Shown: one piece after another, positions 11,913 to 24,500 of the stretch
Layout of the letters: every line of letters begins with the position of its first letter
Position numbering within the stretch: the stretch's first letter is position 1
From: Octopus bimaculoides
Lineage: Eukaryota
Assembly: GCF_001194135.2 (NCBI RefSeq)
Contig: NC_068984.1
Span: 65,312,286-65,355,668 of the forward strand
Direction: 5' to 3'
Length of the DNA stretch: 43,383 nt
Notes under the pieces: generated by a model
Databases searched by the model: none
Seen by the model: only the letters and a program-made list of their open reading frames with translations
What the model was told of the DNA's origin: nothing
Position numbers and translations under genes: made by a program

Positions 11913-14729
11913 GCTCCTTTTAAATTCAATGTAGATAGGTATTTTGAACACATAAACCAAGTAGCTTGACAAGTGAGAACTAGTAAAAGTGTTGTAGGCT
12001 GTGCAATGAATACATAGAAGATTACAATATTCTTATGAAAAAAGATGAAGCAACGTATTAAATTAACATTTCTAATAAGACAAATGTGTAGAGAAAAAAA
12101 TATTCATAAACATAATGAATATGAATGATTGTTCCAGACAGGATGAGAGAGAAACAGATCTGTACCAATGATGATCTATCAAGGATAACTGAATAAGTGA
12201 AGGCATATAGATAAATAAATATAGACCGACACATATTGTCTGGAAAGATTATAAGCATGGCCATTATAATAATGAGCTGTTCCCTGGAATAATGATCTGT
12301 GGCATTGGTGAAGTGACTAGTAATGTAAATAACATTCCCTCATTAATTACAATGATCTCTCTCTCTCACCCTCACTCATATAGTGAATGTTTCAACTAGG
12401 TAAATTAACAAGTAACTTTGCCATCACAAGGAATCTTTACATATAATAATGTTACTTATATGGCTAAGTACTGGGTAGAAATATAAATATGATATTTACA
12501 TAAATAAGTACAGGAGATGGCTGTTGGCCAACATTCAGTACTTTTCAGAAAACATGCACTCATAGGCACATTGTTATTTCCAAGATTAAAAATATGAATG
12601 TATACAACATAAATACGTAGTATGGCATGTTTCCAAGTAGTACTATGAACAAAAAAAAAAAGAGTGCTCAATAAGCATAGTAGAGTGTGTGAAAAGACAG
12701 ACAGGTAGATAAATAGACATAGACCTAGATGTAGTTAGAGTTGACTGCTGTTCCATTATAATCATCATCAAATGACTGCCAAGTCAGCACACAACTTGAA
12801 ATGATGGCTATAATGGAACAGTAGTAATATCTACATGTGAAGATATCTTAATTTGTATTTGCTATGCATATGCACTTTATAACTACCCAACATCAATTTA
12901 TTTGATCCAAATGAATGTGTAAGGCAATTATAACAGTACGGTATTTTAATGTTAATCCATTTGGAGGCAACCATCCAATATTTCTTTGCTTGAAAAATGC
13001 GCATACATAATGTAAAAATAAAAATAAATAATATTAAAATATACAATATCAACCAACTTTTTTCTCTTGCATTTCATTAGTAGCTATTTGAAAAGATAAA
13101 AAATGCAGAGCTACTGATAAAAGGGAGGGAAATGCATTTTCACAAAGAATCACTATTCACAGAGCTTAGGAAGATATAGTCATGAAGAGTTATGTGAAAG
13201 ACTGCAATAATATGGAAACAACTAAGAGTGAACAATAATACTTTGTTTAATGTAAAGACAAATGAAAATTTATATATGCATATGTATAATGCATATATAC
13301 ATATTTAGTAGTTAATGTTCAATGCCTAAACTAATGCCCATACACAAATATGTTTCAGCATAACAATAAATTATTGTCAAATAAATATTTGTTGCTGCTT
13401 TCTGAGATTTAAAACTACTGAAAAAGAGGTGAAAATATTTGTTTCCTTACTATATGTATGAAGACTCATTATTACAAAAATTAATTGTAAACAAAACTTA
13501 CATACCTCAATACCTATAATCACATAAATAAAATACTTTTGCATTATGTTATCCGCTTAAGTAGATGTGATAGAATATCCAAAATAGAGGCATAACAAAA
13601 GAAAAATGTCACAGATCCAAGACATTCATGGTGAATCTGACACTGAAGTGAATCTATCAGAGAAAAATTCAAAAAATTCTCAGAAAACTTGAAACCACGA
13701 ACAGTCACTTAGTAATGAGAGAAATGATATGGCTAGCATTCTCAGATTAAAAGCCATGAATGACAATTTGGAAAGCTCTCATTTCTAATATTTCTGAAGC
13801 CATTGGGTAAGTGCTATAAAATTTCAATAAATCAATTTGAAACTTGTTTGATAAAATGCTCTAATTCATGACAATTTGCAGCTGATATTCGTTTACTTTT
13901 ATTTCAGAGAAACATTCAACGAAAGACTGATTTTAATTACAAAACCTAAAAAACAAAAAGGTAATTTTTTAAAAAATGGTTGTACTTTATTTTGCTGAAT
14001 AAGAATAAATGTGGAAAAGATAAAAAGAAAAAGGAAAAGCAGGAAAATAGCTGATATGAAATGAGAACAAGGACCAGCTGATAGAGATTTTAGTGACAGT
14101 GAAATTATATTTTTCAATATGCATTTATTTCTCTTTTATCAAACATGAAGAACTAATAATGATTTTTATATAAAAGGGGTAGTTTATAAATAATGCAATT
14201 GGTTTTATAAACATAATGATGATGACAATGAAAAGACGTCAGTAAGCCAACAAAATAGAAACTTAAGACAGTAGAATAACAAGGTTGAACCTGTAATACA
14301 CAATTTCAAAAAGGTCTTATTTCTAAGTTTTTGTGTTCAAAATATGAAAATGCAAACTTGCATATATTTTGTTGTGCATGTATGCATATGCACACACACA
14401 CATACACACACAGGCACATGTACACATGCATGCACACACACACGCACACCATTTACACAAGCAGAGATATTCATTTGTAACTTTTAAACAATATAACCAA
14501 AAATACTTTAATTTTAACCTGTTTCAGTTCCATTTCAAATATATGCATTTTTGACGGTCCCTTGAAAGGTTACATGTCAGATCATCAGAAAATTTAGACA
14601 TTGTAATTGTTACTACAAGCAAGTTCAGTTTAACTTTATTATACATCTAAACATTTGTGATGGATTACTGTAAAAATAGTACAAAATTTCAGAATTAATA
14701 TAATTAATATAATCTTAAAATTTCTATAG

Positions 14730-15009
14730 CAAGCATGGCTATATGGTAAAAAGTTTGCTTCCCAACCACATGGTTTCAGGTTCAATCTCACTGCATAGCA
14801 CCTTGGGCAAGTCGTCTATAGCTCTGGTCCAAACAAAGCTTTGTGAGCGTATGTATGACTGTGTGGTAAGAAGCTTTCTCCCCAACCACATGTTTCTGGT
14901 TTCAGTCTCACTGTGTGGCACCTTGAGCAAGTGTCTTCTACTACAGCATTGGGATGACCAAAGCCTTGTGAGTGGATTTGGTAGAGGGAAACTGAAAGCT
15001 TGTTGTGTG

Positions 15010-15106
<97 letters not shown>

Positions 15107-15315
15107 CTCTGTGTCTGTTACCCCTGCACTTGACAACCGGTGTTAATATGTTTATGTTTCTGTAACTTAGCAGTCCAGCAAAATAGATCATTAGAATAAG
15201 TACCAGGCTTAAAAAAAAAATAGTACTGGGGTCAATACATTTGACTATAAATTCTTCAAGGTGGTGCTCCAGCATGGCCACCGTCTAATGACTGAAACAA
15301 GTAAAAGATAAAAAG
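14730..15315 (+). mobile_element. tRNA-derived SINE with a tandemly duplicated 5' head and a long (GT)n
   Basis: The head TGGTAA(A/G)AAG.TT.CT.CCCAACCACATG occurs twice (about 14740 and 14865); (GT)n at about 15025-15105; tail as at 1690-1730. Confidence 0.8.
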
Positions 15316-15599
15316 ATATATAGACAGACAAATGTATGTTGTTGTGTCTTTGCTTTGGCATCATGTGGCAGTTGTAAACAAATATAAACCATCAAGCAAA
15401 CATCATCCTTTGTTTCCAATATTTTGTGAATATATATCAGGTTATGGGGGAACAGGTGAAGGTTGATGACAAGAGGGATATTTGGCTGTAGAAAATCCAC
15501 TTCAATAAATTCCATCTGACCAATGCCAGCAAGGAAAGGTGAATATTAAAACAATGACGATGACTTTCTGAATCATTATTCTACATTATTTTCCAATCA

Positions 15600-15820
15600 T
15601 AATCTGCACCATAGGACAAGGATGTGTTCTTTGGCCTCCGACTAGCTCTGATTGAAGAGTCCTTTGGTCAGAGTATTCCATCCATAAGCATCATGCCTTC
15701 TTACAGACAGTATGTCTCAAACTTCAATATTTCACTCCCTTTTTAAGTTGACAGGATGTGATTTGAGAGTAATTTTGGCTGCACTTCCTAGCAAGATGAG
15801 TAACTGAATAAAGATTCCTT
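15600..15820 (+). repeat. Interspersed repeat (related copies at about 37990-38215 inverted and 41750-41890)
   Basis: Shared motifs such as GGTCAGAGTATTCCATCCATAAGCATC / GACCAAGAGCATTCTAGCCATTACCATC and GGCTGCACTTCCTAGCAAG / CTGCTAGAAATAGCA. Confidence 0.5.
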
Positions 15821-16417
15821 CATTACTAGTTTCTTTCTTTGTTTGATTTATGAGTTTTATGAATCTGAAAGTTATAATTATCATTCATCATATATCTCAG
15901 TAATTAACCTAGGCTGAACGCTCTACAATCCATTTAACATGAGTATAGTAATAGGAAAAGAATTAAGTAACAATAACCTGTTATATATACAGTATAAAAC
16001 CTAGACATAGAGCAGCAAAAGTGAAGTGAAAAAGCAACTAGGTATTAGAGACATTCCTCAGTGCATGTAAAATAAATGATGAAATGTGACAATGGTGTAA
16101 AGTTAATTTCCTCTAATAAGTGACTTACATCACACCTGAAGCATTATTTATGAGGTAACAGAAATAAATAATTGACATGGATGAATTTCGGATGTTTTTC
16201 AATGCACTGTAGGAAACAGACAATAAAACTAATTAGATAATGATACCAGAGGAGATCTTCAACTCAAAAGGCTGAAGAAAAAAGTTAAAGAATAAAAGCT
16301 TAATTAAATACTAAATCCTCCTTTTCACTTTTCATGACTTACAAGCAGTAAGAAGCATTGGCTTGTGGGTGGCACTGTTAGAGTGAGTGAGTGAGTGAAT
16401 GAGTGTGTGTGTGTGTG

Positions 16418-16428
16418 AGAGAGGGAGA

Positions 16429-16480
<52 letters not shown>
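16418..16480. repeat. (GA)n microsatellite preceded by (GAGT)n/(GT)n
   Basis: Read directly from the sequence. Confidence 0.95.
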
Positions 16481-16484
<4 letters not shown>

Positions 16485-17729
16485 GGGCGGGTGACTAAGA
16501 GAGAGAAAGAGATGCTAAAATGAACTTTAAATTCAAATATATGTACATGTTCTTAGAACAGAATCACACTTAACAATGTTCTCCTTCTTGCCAAAACATG
16601 AAACTCTTAGCACAGAAATTTACCTAGCATATAGATAGACACTATGATCTTTCATCACAAGCATTAGTAGCACTTCAAAACTGACAATTGTATTACTACT
16701 TCACAGTGATGAGTGTGGGGGTTCTCCTGCCTTGAGGCATAATAATACCCTAAAAGCATTGTTCTCATCTCAATTCTATCACCACCAATGCCACCACTAT
16801 AGAGTTAACTTTAAATGAATACATGAATCTCCAGTGCTAACTGAAAAGAAACTAGAAACATCATTTAACAAATTAATCTAAGCCAAGTATTATAAAGTTG
16901 ACTACTTGATGTGCTTCATATTACTTCTTGTTGCAAATTTTAAGTGAAAATTTATCTTAAATAGTCAAACTTTTCTTTAATGTATTTAGTATATTAATTT
17001 TGTCGGAAGGCTTTACATTAGAGACCATCTTTATCTATTTGTCATTCTTTTAAAAAATGACCATATTCATTACATTCAGCAGCTATATAAATATAAAACC
17101 TGTTCAGTTTATTTTGACAGTGATTAAATGTTATGATGAACGACAAGGAAACAAATAGCGAGTAAATTATGCTGTTTTATCTGTTGATATCCAGAATCAA
17201 GTAATTGTTTAATTTGTGTCAAAACATTAGATGCATACACTGATCATTTTAAGTAGCCATCTAGTATAAACAACATATTTGGTAGTTTAGTTCATTAGGT
17301 TTGATGATGTCATAAACAAAAATATGATGATCAATTAAAAGATAACTGAAGCTTTCTATAAAAGGTGAGAAAGGTGCTAAATATTTTATAGTCACAGCTG
17401 TGTTCATGATTTTAATAATAAATTCAGAATTAGTACGTGCTTGTGAATTAGCTGTGGTTAAAAAGTGGTTACTTGTGATTTGAAATTTACATTATTTATA
17501 TGAGAATCAGATATTGTGGATTGCTTCTCTTTCCAGTATTCTTAGCAATCTGCAAGCAGTCACGCTAATATATTCTAACAAGCTGTAAATGATAACACCA
17601 AAGTTTTTCCAAATTAAATCATTCACACATTGTGACAGTTTAGTTCTAACTTTTAAATTATAACAGTCTTCTTTAATTAACCTTCAACTGTTTCTACCTA
17701 ATGGAGAAAAAAGAAACACAACAACAACA

Positions 17730-18280
17730 GTACCAGCCTGCCCTGATGTGGTACCAAGCAGTGGCTCTCATGGCTTTTGATCTTAACTGATTGGCAGTGT
17801 TATCATGTACATTGTTCTGTCTTGGTATAATGGATGGGCTACAGCAAATATTCTGCTTAATACCACAGATTTGCTTGTCAGTTGTTTGATCTTAACCATT
17901 TGAGCATGTCCCTTAGTGGATGATGAAGTAGTGGGGGAGCAGCATAGCTATGTGTTGAGAGGAATTCTTCAAGGTTTGAATAATTCACCTTTGGAAACAG
18001 GTGTTTTGTTCATCCTTAAAACAAACCTTATTCTGGGACCTTCTGAGCAGGATGGGCTACTCGACCTGAAGATAATTCTAACTGGGCCCCACCAGCAAGG
18101 TCATGCACTGTTTATCTTGATGTGAGATCACTATGTCACACACATATGGTTGTAATGCATGTACCTTATGTACCCTTACCAGACGGGTAGTCATGATGGG
18201 TATATTGACCTCATATATTTGTACCCCAATGTCACTTTGATGGCATGCACTGCTCTCTCACTCAATAATAATAATAATCA
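17730..18280 (+). mobile_element. Non-coding 3' end of a retroelement-like repeat with an (AAT)n tail; second partial copy at about 41380-41690
   Basis: GCAAATATTCTGCT.A.TACCA.AGATTTGC...GCATGTCCCTTAGTGG...GGTTTGAATAA is shared by both loci; ends CTCTCTCACTCAATAATAATAATAAT. Confidence 0.65.
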
Positions 18281-18322
18281 TTATTTACATTATTAAGAAT
18301 TGATGGATATTTGTTTGTTGTT

Positions 18323-18368
18323 GACACAACGTTTCGGCTGATATACCCTCCAGCCTTCATCAGGTATC
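18323..18368 (-). ncRNA. Minimal type I hammerhead ribozyme motif
   Basis: Minus-strand RNA: GAUAC-CUGAUGA-A-GGCUG[GAGGGUAUAU]CAGCC-GAAAC-GUU-GUGUC. Both conserved core boxes are present; stem II is 5 bp; stem I is GAUAC/GUGUC with one G-U pair; stem III is palindromic AC/GU with a GUU cleavage triplet. Confidence 0.7.
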
Positions 18369-18420
18369 TTGGGAAAATTTCGAACCTGGGTTCTCATTCC
18401 TAAGGTATTCTTCGATGGTG

Positions 18421-18424
<4 letters not shown>

Positions 18425-18475
<51 letters not shown>
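18425..18475. repeat. (ATT)n microsatellite inside the SINE-like element
   Basis: Read directly from the sequence. Confidence 0.95.
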
Positions 18476-18480
<5 letters not shown>

Positions 18481-20919
18481 TTACTGCTTGGAAGCTTGGA
18501 ATCGAACTCGGAAACTTGGGGTTAGTAGCCCATGCTCTTAACCACTATACCATATGCCCGTGGGCATATGGTATAGTGTTTAACGGTCATTTTCATAGCA
18601 TCTTTTCGATGGCCAGATAACTGAAGCGATGGCGGTGAGAGAGAAGGAATCAGAGGATGACAGAGAGGTGAGTAAGTGCACTGAGAGCAATGAGGGAAAG
18701 TAAGGTTGAACAGAAGGGTACCACAGATGTAAGGGGAAAGGAGAAGAGCAGAGTATGAATGCAGAGAAAGCATCTTAGATAGATAGTGAAGATGGAAAAA
18801 ATGGAGGTGGGGGAGCAGTGGGTGAATGCAGCAAGGGCCATAAGAGAAAGAGAAAGAAAAATTAAAGAGCACCCTTTATGTGTCAGGGCAGGTAGTGAGA
18901 TTAAAGACTAGAGATGTTGGGTGGTAGTAGACACCAATGTAATCATACTTCTGGAAATCTTAAGTAAAAGACAGTGATTTCCCTCCAAAATTATTTTCAT
19001 AACTGTTATTTTGAAACTGTAAAGTCCAAATAGATAAAAGTATATCTACACAAGTGTCCTGAAATTGTGTTTAGCCACAACAATAGAATTTCATGTCCTT
19101 TACACTTACCTATCTGCATAGCTGCTGAATTAATTACAATAAAAATAGAGTATCACAATGGTAAGTGTAGAATTAACTACAGTTCAAATTCAGTCACAGC
19201 TGAGAAGGTCTTGGCAAAATTTCAGATAAGAGGAAGGCAATCATAAATAGAATCTGTGTCTGGCCAAGAAAATGTCAACATTAAAGACACCTTATACATC
19301 AAGCTATCATGAAAACTCTTCACCATTATGAATATAGCAATATAACTAATTCTACCAACAACAATCTACAAATGTGTCTCAATGACTTCAAATTTGGTCT
19401 TATAGTTTCTGTTTACCTTATATTTGATCAAATTAATATTTTTGCAAATTGCTTTAAAACTACCCTACTTACCAGTATTAAACATTTGAATTTATCTTTA
19501 TAATTTTGCCTACCAAGAAGCATATCTGCATGTTAAAAGGGCCCTTTAAAATATATATATGCAACATATGGAAATGATAAAATCCTGTTTCCTTCATGCG
19601 ATAAGACAATAGCAAAATTAGACAAAATCAGGAATCAATTTGAAAGTGTGAAGTCCAAATAGATAAAAATATGTCAACTCAAAGGGTCCTAAAACTATGT
19701 TCTCTTCTTCACAACAACATAGTTTTATGTCTTTACACTAAAATTTAGTCAAACAACTAAATTTATAGCAACAAAAACAATGTATCACAATGAATTAACT
19801 TCACTTCAAATTCTGTCACAACCAAAAGGGTCTCAGTACAACTACTTGATTTTTCAGTAAAGTTAATAGATTTTAGTTTTGATAGTAATACACACAATGT
19901 TTAGTGCAAATATATGCAATGAATTGTCATTAATTTACAAAAAGGGAGACTGCTTCAAATTAATAGGCTGCATAGGAATTAGTTTCAAATAAAGTAAAAG
20001 TGTTTATATATTGAAATCAATTTGAATCCTTCCATGTTTCCTCCTACACCAACTTAAGATTCACTTTTTATTTTTCAAGATGAAGAGCTTCTCATTATCT
20101 TTCTTAAATAGACAAAAGGAATTCTATAAAAAATTGTAGGTGAAATTTTACAAATCCCAAACTGATATATCATTAATATTAGTTCTCAATAACTATTACA
20201 CAGTAATACTTACAATATGATCTGTTTTATTTTATTTTATTTTATATAATTTTTTTTTGTTTGATTTGGCAAGATAAAGATAAATATCCAAAGATAAACA
20301 GAGTAAGTCAGAAAGAAAAAAAAGCATACATTCACTATATAAATCAGAAAGCATAATTTGTTAGTCTCCATAAAGTTATAGGTCAATAAATTGATTTCTT
20401 CTTTTATATATCAACCTTGAAAGAATTTTGAAAAGACACATTAAAATGAAAGGGAGAAAAGAAGAAATCTGTGTGAAGAAATTTCATAGTAGCTATATTA
20501 AAACTGCAAATACCCCCAATGGCCTTGTGTGCTAAGAAGACAAAATGAAATGAAACTTTAATATAGAGTACATTACCCCAAAGCAATTTAGTGACATAGG
20601 TGTTGTCTAGAATAAGTTAAATACAATAAATATATTGCCTGTTGTATTGATGACTTCCAATATCCCTTCAACAAAAGGGAAAAACCATGATGCAAAACAA
20701 TAAATACAATACACTAGTATTAAAGAAACTCAAAATAGATGCCTACAGCATAGAATGATCTGCATCACAATTCCAATTTTGAATTGTGTGCTGGATTATA
20801 TATACATAATACATAAATACATATATGTGTAAATAAGCTTAATGTACAGGTGTTATCACAGGTGTTACATTTCAAAACATCCCACAGAAATAATTAAAAT
20901 CTAAAGAAATATAAATACT

Positions 20920-21045
20920 TATTGGCTGCAGAAACCCAGATATACTGAGGAGTCTGCGATATAAATTTACATATATTAGCCTGAAAAATCTGCGATGTAT
21001 TGAGTGCATGATAGGTGAACCGCAATATAGCGAGGAATTACTGTA
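20920..21045. mobile_element. Partial Tigger/pogo-like MITE (one TIR plus TA)
   Basis: Ends ACCGCAATATAGCGAGGAATTACTG-TA, whose reverse complement resembles the TIR at 22212. The left TIR was not recognised. Confidence 0.5.
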
Positions 21046-21367
21046 TATGTGAGTGCAATATTTTGCAAGAGCCTTAATTCTTCTACTGTGATAAAATAAA
21101 AGTGGTAGTCTTGGAAGAAAGAGAGACTGTGAATGATTCATTGCATCCTTCTCACAGTGCTGTGTATCTTATTCAGAGAGAGACAAATAAATCTGTCCCA
21201 AATACTTGGTTGATGCATTTTTGTATTGACCCAGGAAGGTGAAAAACAAAGCTGATTGTTAGGGAGATTTGAACTCAAAAGGCAAAGAATCTGAAGAAAT
21301 CAAATGCTTTGAGGGTATTTGCCTGATATTCAAATGACTTTTTCCAATTGACCACCTTATATGTATG

Positions 21368-21399
<32 letters not shown>

Positions 21400-22174
21400 C
21401 ATTTACACATACACACATAATTTGCATTTCCATGCAATAACACAAAATGCTCAATATGCAACTGCTTTAGAAGTGCGTAGATACTGTTATAATTGAATTG
21501 TGTGCTGGTGAACTATATTATTTACTCATACCTAATGACTTTGTGTGATTGGTGTTAGCCAGCCATACACATTGGTGGATCAACTGCACTAAGGTATTAA
21601 ATGTTAGTTTATCAACAGATATTTACGTATGTGTGTATGTGTGTGTGTGTGAGGGGGAGAGAGAAAAAGAGAAAGAGAGAGAGATAAAATTGATACAGCT
21701 ACAGAAGATCTTCAACTAATATATTTAGTAAGTTTTATTCCTTAATATTGTCTCAAATACTCTTGCCAGCTGCTGCAAGGTGTTCAGCCAAATTTCTAGA
21801 AAATGAGTGACTTTAATGCTGGCATCTATCTGTCTCTGACACAAAAAGATATTCTTTAAGTAAAACAGAGTGAAAAACAATAATTCCTTCAACAGATGGC
21901 ACCCATCGTGATACATTTAATTAAACTAAGGTCAGTTTCTTGTCAATATATTATAAGTATGTGCAAAGTTATATTTTAAAAGAAATGTTTATCCCTTATA
22001 GGATTATAACCACTAATTCTAAAACAAGAAAAATAATTTTAAAGCAGAGTGAAAACTAATGACGGTGCAAAAACTCTAGGATTAAATATAAAAACAAAGA
22101 CTCTGATTTTAACTGCCCATGACCAAGGCCTCATCACAAAACAGAAATTAGACAAATCTACATACATATAGATG

Positions 22175-22206
<32 letters not shown>

Positions 22207-22211
22207 ATATA

Positions 22212-22434
22212 CAGTAATCCCTCACCATATCGTGGTTAACCTATGGGGGGTTTATTATTTAAGCTTACGTCGATTCCTCCATGGTGCTTTTGCCTTTATA
22301 ATAAAATTAATATAGGCAAGTTATAAAAATAATAATAAAAAAATATACAGTACTGTACTGTTTCTACTTTGAAGATTTTCACCTATTGCAGGAGGTTTGG
22401 GAACATAACACCTACGATAGTTGAGGGATTACTG
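22212..22434. mobile_element. Tigger/pogo-like MITE
   Basis: TA-CAGTAATCCCTCACCATATCGTGG ... CCTACGATAGTTGAGGGATTACTG: about 24-bp imperfect TIRs. TA is present on the left; the right side merges into (TG)n. Confidence 0.8.
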
Positions 22435-22474
22435 TGTGTGCACGTGTGTGTATGTATGTGTGTTTATGTGAGAA

Positions 22475-22700
22475 GGCATGTGGCTTAGTGGTTAGTACAT
22501 TCAGCTCACGATCATAAGGTCATGTGTTCAATTCCTGACAACACATTGTGTCCTTGAGCAAGACACATTATTTCATATTACTCCAGTCCACTCACCTGAC
22601 AAAAACGAATAGTACCTGTATTTCAAAGGGCTAGCCTTTCCCCACTCTGTGTCATGCTGAATCTCTCTGAGAACTACGTTAAAGGTACATGTGCTTGTGA
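22475..22700 (+). mobile_element. Second tRNA-derived SINE family (other copies 24790-24925 +, 32915-33035 +, 35590-35845 -)
   Basis: Head GTGGCTTAGTGGTTAG...GTTCAATTCCTG, body GTGTCCTTGAGCAAGACAC.TTATTTCA..TT.CTCCAGTCCACTC, shared by all copies. Confidence 0.75.
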
Positions 22701-22959
22701 TAGCCAAAATTCAAAATGGAGCAGCATAAAAGGGACATAAGTCAATATAGAATATCATGATATTAATAATAATAATTTCTGATATATAAACATAAAGTCA
22801 TCCATCTAGAGAGAAGGGAAGAACATGAAGACTCAGAAGAAATACTGTAAGGTATTCCGTCTAACAATTGTCATCAGATCATCATGGTACTTAGAATGAT
22901 AGTAATAGTAATTAAAACTTCTTTTTTTAGCAGAAACCCAAATTTTCTTTGAACCGGAA

Positions 22960-24500
22960 GATAACAGAGTGAATCAATAACAGTGTTTTAATGGTAGTTG
23001 CATTTTCAATACAACAAAGTGTTACAAGGAAAGAGAATGTGAGAATACTTCAAATTAAGTCTGAAACACTATGAGAATGGAAAAAAATGCTAACAGATTT
23101 TTATGACAGTGGTTTTGGTCTCCCACAGGGTTTTACAGAAATTAGGTTGTATAAGTGCTAATGCAAAACTTTAGCTGCCTTTAACATCTCTAGTGGAGAA
23201 ATTTAAATTAGCAAAAACCTGCTGCTACATGATACTACAGAAGTCAGTAGGCATTGTTGTTCATGCAACCCAGTTGAAAATGCTGTAAGGGAGAAAATGA
23301 AGCCTAGGAAAATTGTTGCAATGGCAGAGACCAACCTGGAAATGTAAAAGGTGAGAGGTATGGTGCAGAATATATGAGCTGAACTTCTTGTCAGAATATT
23401 AAAAAGATAGGCAAAATATTGTGGTCAAGGTCATTCACCATGCTGGAGAGAAAAAACATGTGAGTAAATTGGTAATTTGGGAAATTCAATGCCTTAATGG
23501 TAGACATATGAGCAAAGGAAGTTATCATGAGACATGATGCCAAAGATAAAAGAGTCAATTACACTGTGATTACACGACAACACCTTCAGCCAGTATTAAT
23601 GTTTGGGCTTGATAGAGACTGTTGATTGACACAAGTGCAGAGGTTATGCATCACTGAAGAATAACTAAGTCTTGAGTATTTTTGCCGATATATTAAAACA
23701 ACAATGGGTCAGTATTAATACATTGAAAATCAACACCAAGAGGTCCTTAATAATTTCTCGTGCAGGAGCAAGAACAAAAGGAAGCCAAAACTCAGCCTTA
23801 TGGATGAAGCTAATGACTGGAAAGTACAGGTGGATTTGAAGCGATTGCTCATGTTCTCAATCTATATTGCAATAATCCAATAATGTTCAGATTTTGAGGT
23901 ATGAGTTGAATTGCTAAGCACAACAATGGGTACATTAAAGGGAAGTCATCATCATCATTTAATGTCCATTGCCCATGCTGGCATGGATTGGGCGGTTTGA
24001 CCTGAGTTGGTAAGCTGAGGGGCTGCACCAAATTCCAGTCTGATTTAGCATGGCTTCTATAGCTGGATGCCCTTCTTAACACCACCCACCCTGAGAGTGT
24101 AATGGGTGCTTTTACATGCCACTGGCAAGGGTGCCTGTTGCATGACACCAGTATCTGCCATGACTATGATTTCACTTGGCTTGATAGATCTTTCTTCTCA
24201 AACACAGCATATTGCCAAAGGTCTTGGTCATTTGTCATTGTTCTGTGAGGCCCAACACTCGAAAGGTGCTTTTTGTTTGTCATTGGCATAATGCTAGTTC
24301 TGCAACACCAGCACTGACTTAAAGAATCATGTGAGGTATGAGGGTGGTAGTGCTTAATACTTCCAGCAGAGATTGATGTCAAGTATTTGTAGGTAGATCC
24401 ACAATGTACTGCCTATGCAACATATGACTTGGGAAAGCCAGTAGCAGAGAGATTCACAAACAGGAGATAAAACTAGAAAGTACTTCATCAATATGGTAGT
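22960..24500 (+). mobile_element. Degenerate RLE-type non-LTR retrotransposon (R2-superfamily, HERO-like), post-RT region to endonuclease, interrupted by a repeat at 23947-24320
   Basis: Frameshifted remnants in the expected order: MEKNANRFL*QWFGLPQGFTEI.LY; LPLTSLVEKFKLAK; AMAETNLEM*KVRGMVQ; GLIETVD*HKCRGYASL; NN*VLSIFADIL; DEANDWKVQVDLKRLLMF; LKESCEV*GW*CLILPAEIDV; FVGRST; ESTSSIW. Confidence 0.75.

Larger units (their letters stand above)
18290..18580 (-). mobile_element. tRNA-headed SINE-like element with a Penelope-type 3' tail
   Basis: Minus strand, in order: GGGCATATGGTATAGTGGTTAAGAGC (A-box-like), GAGTTCGATTCC (B-box), (AAT)n, then a tail containing hammerhead core motifs. Confidence 0.75.

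Noticed and set aside
13606-13812. Protein-like + frame (MSQIQDIHGESDTEV...) ending at a GTAAGT donor
   Set aside because: Several in-frame stops and no recognisable homology.
18490-18570. tRNA genes at SINE heads (here and at 1123, 14730, 22475 etc.)
   Set aside because: Only A/B boxes are retained, no complete cloverleaf is evident, and each continues into a SINE body.
18590-18960. Purine-rich tract as a LINE ORF fragment (similar tracts at 4130-4330 and 25790-25960)
   Set aside because: No diagnostic RT or endonuclease motif; the ORFs reflect low-complexity composition.
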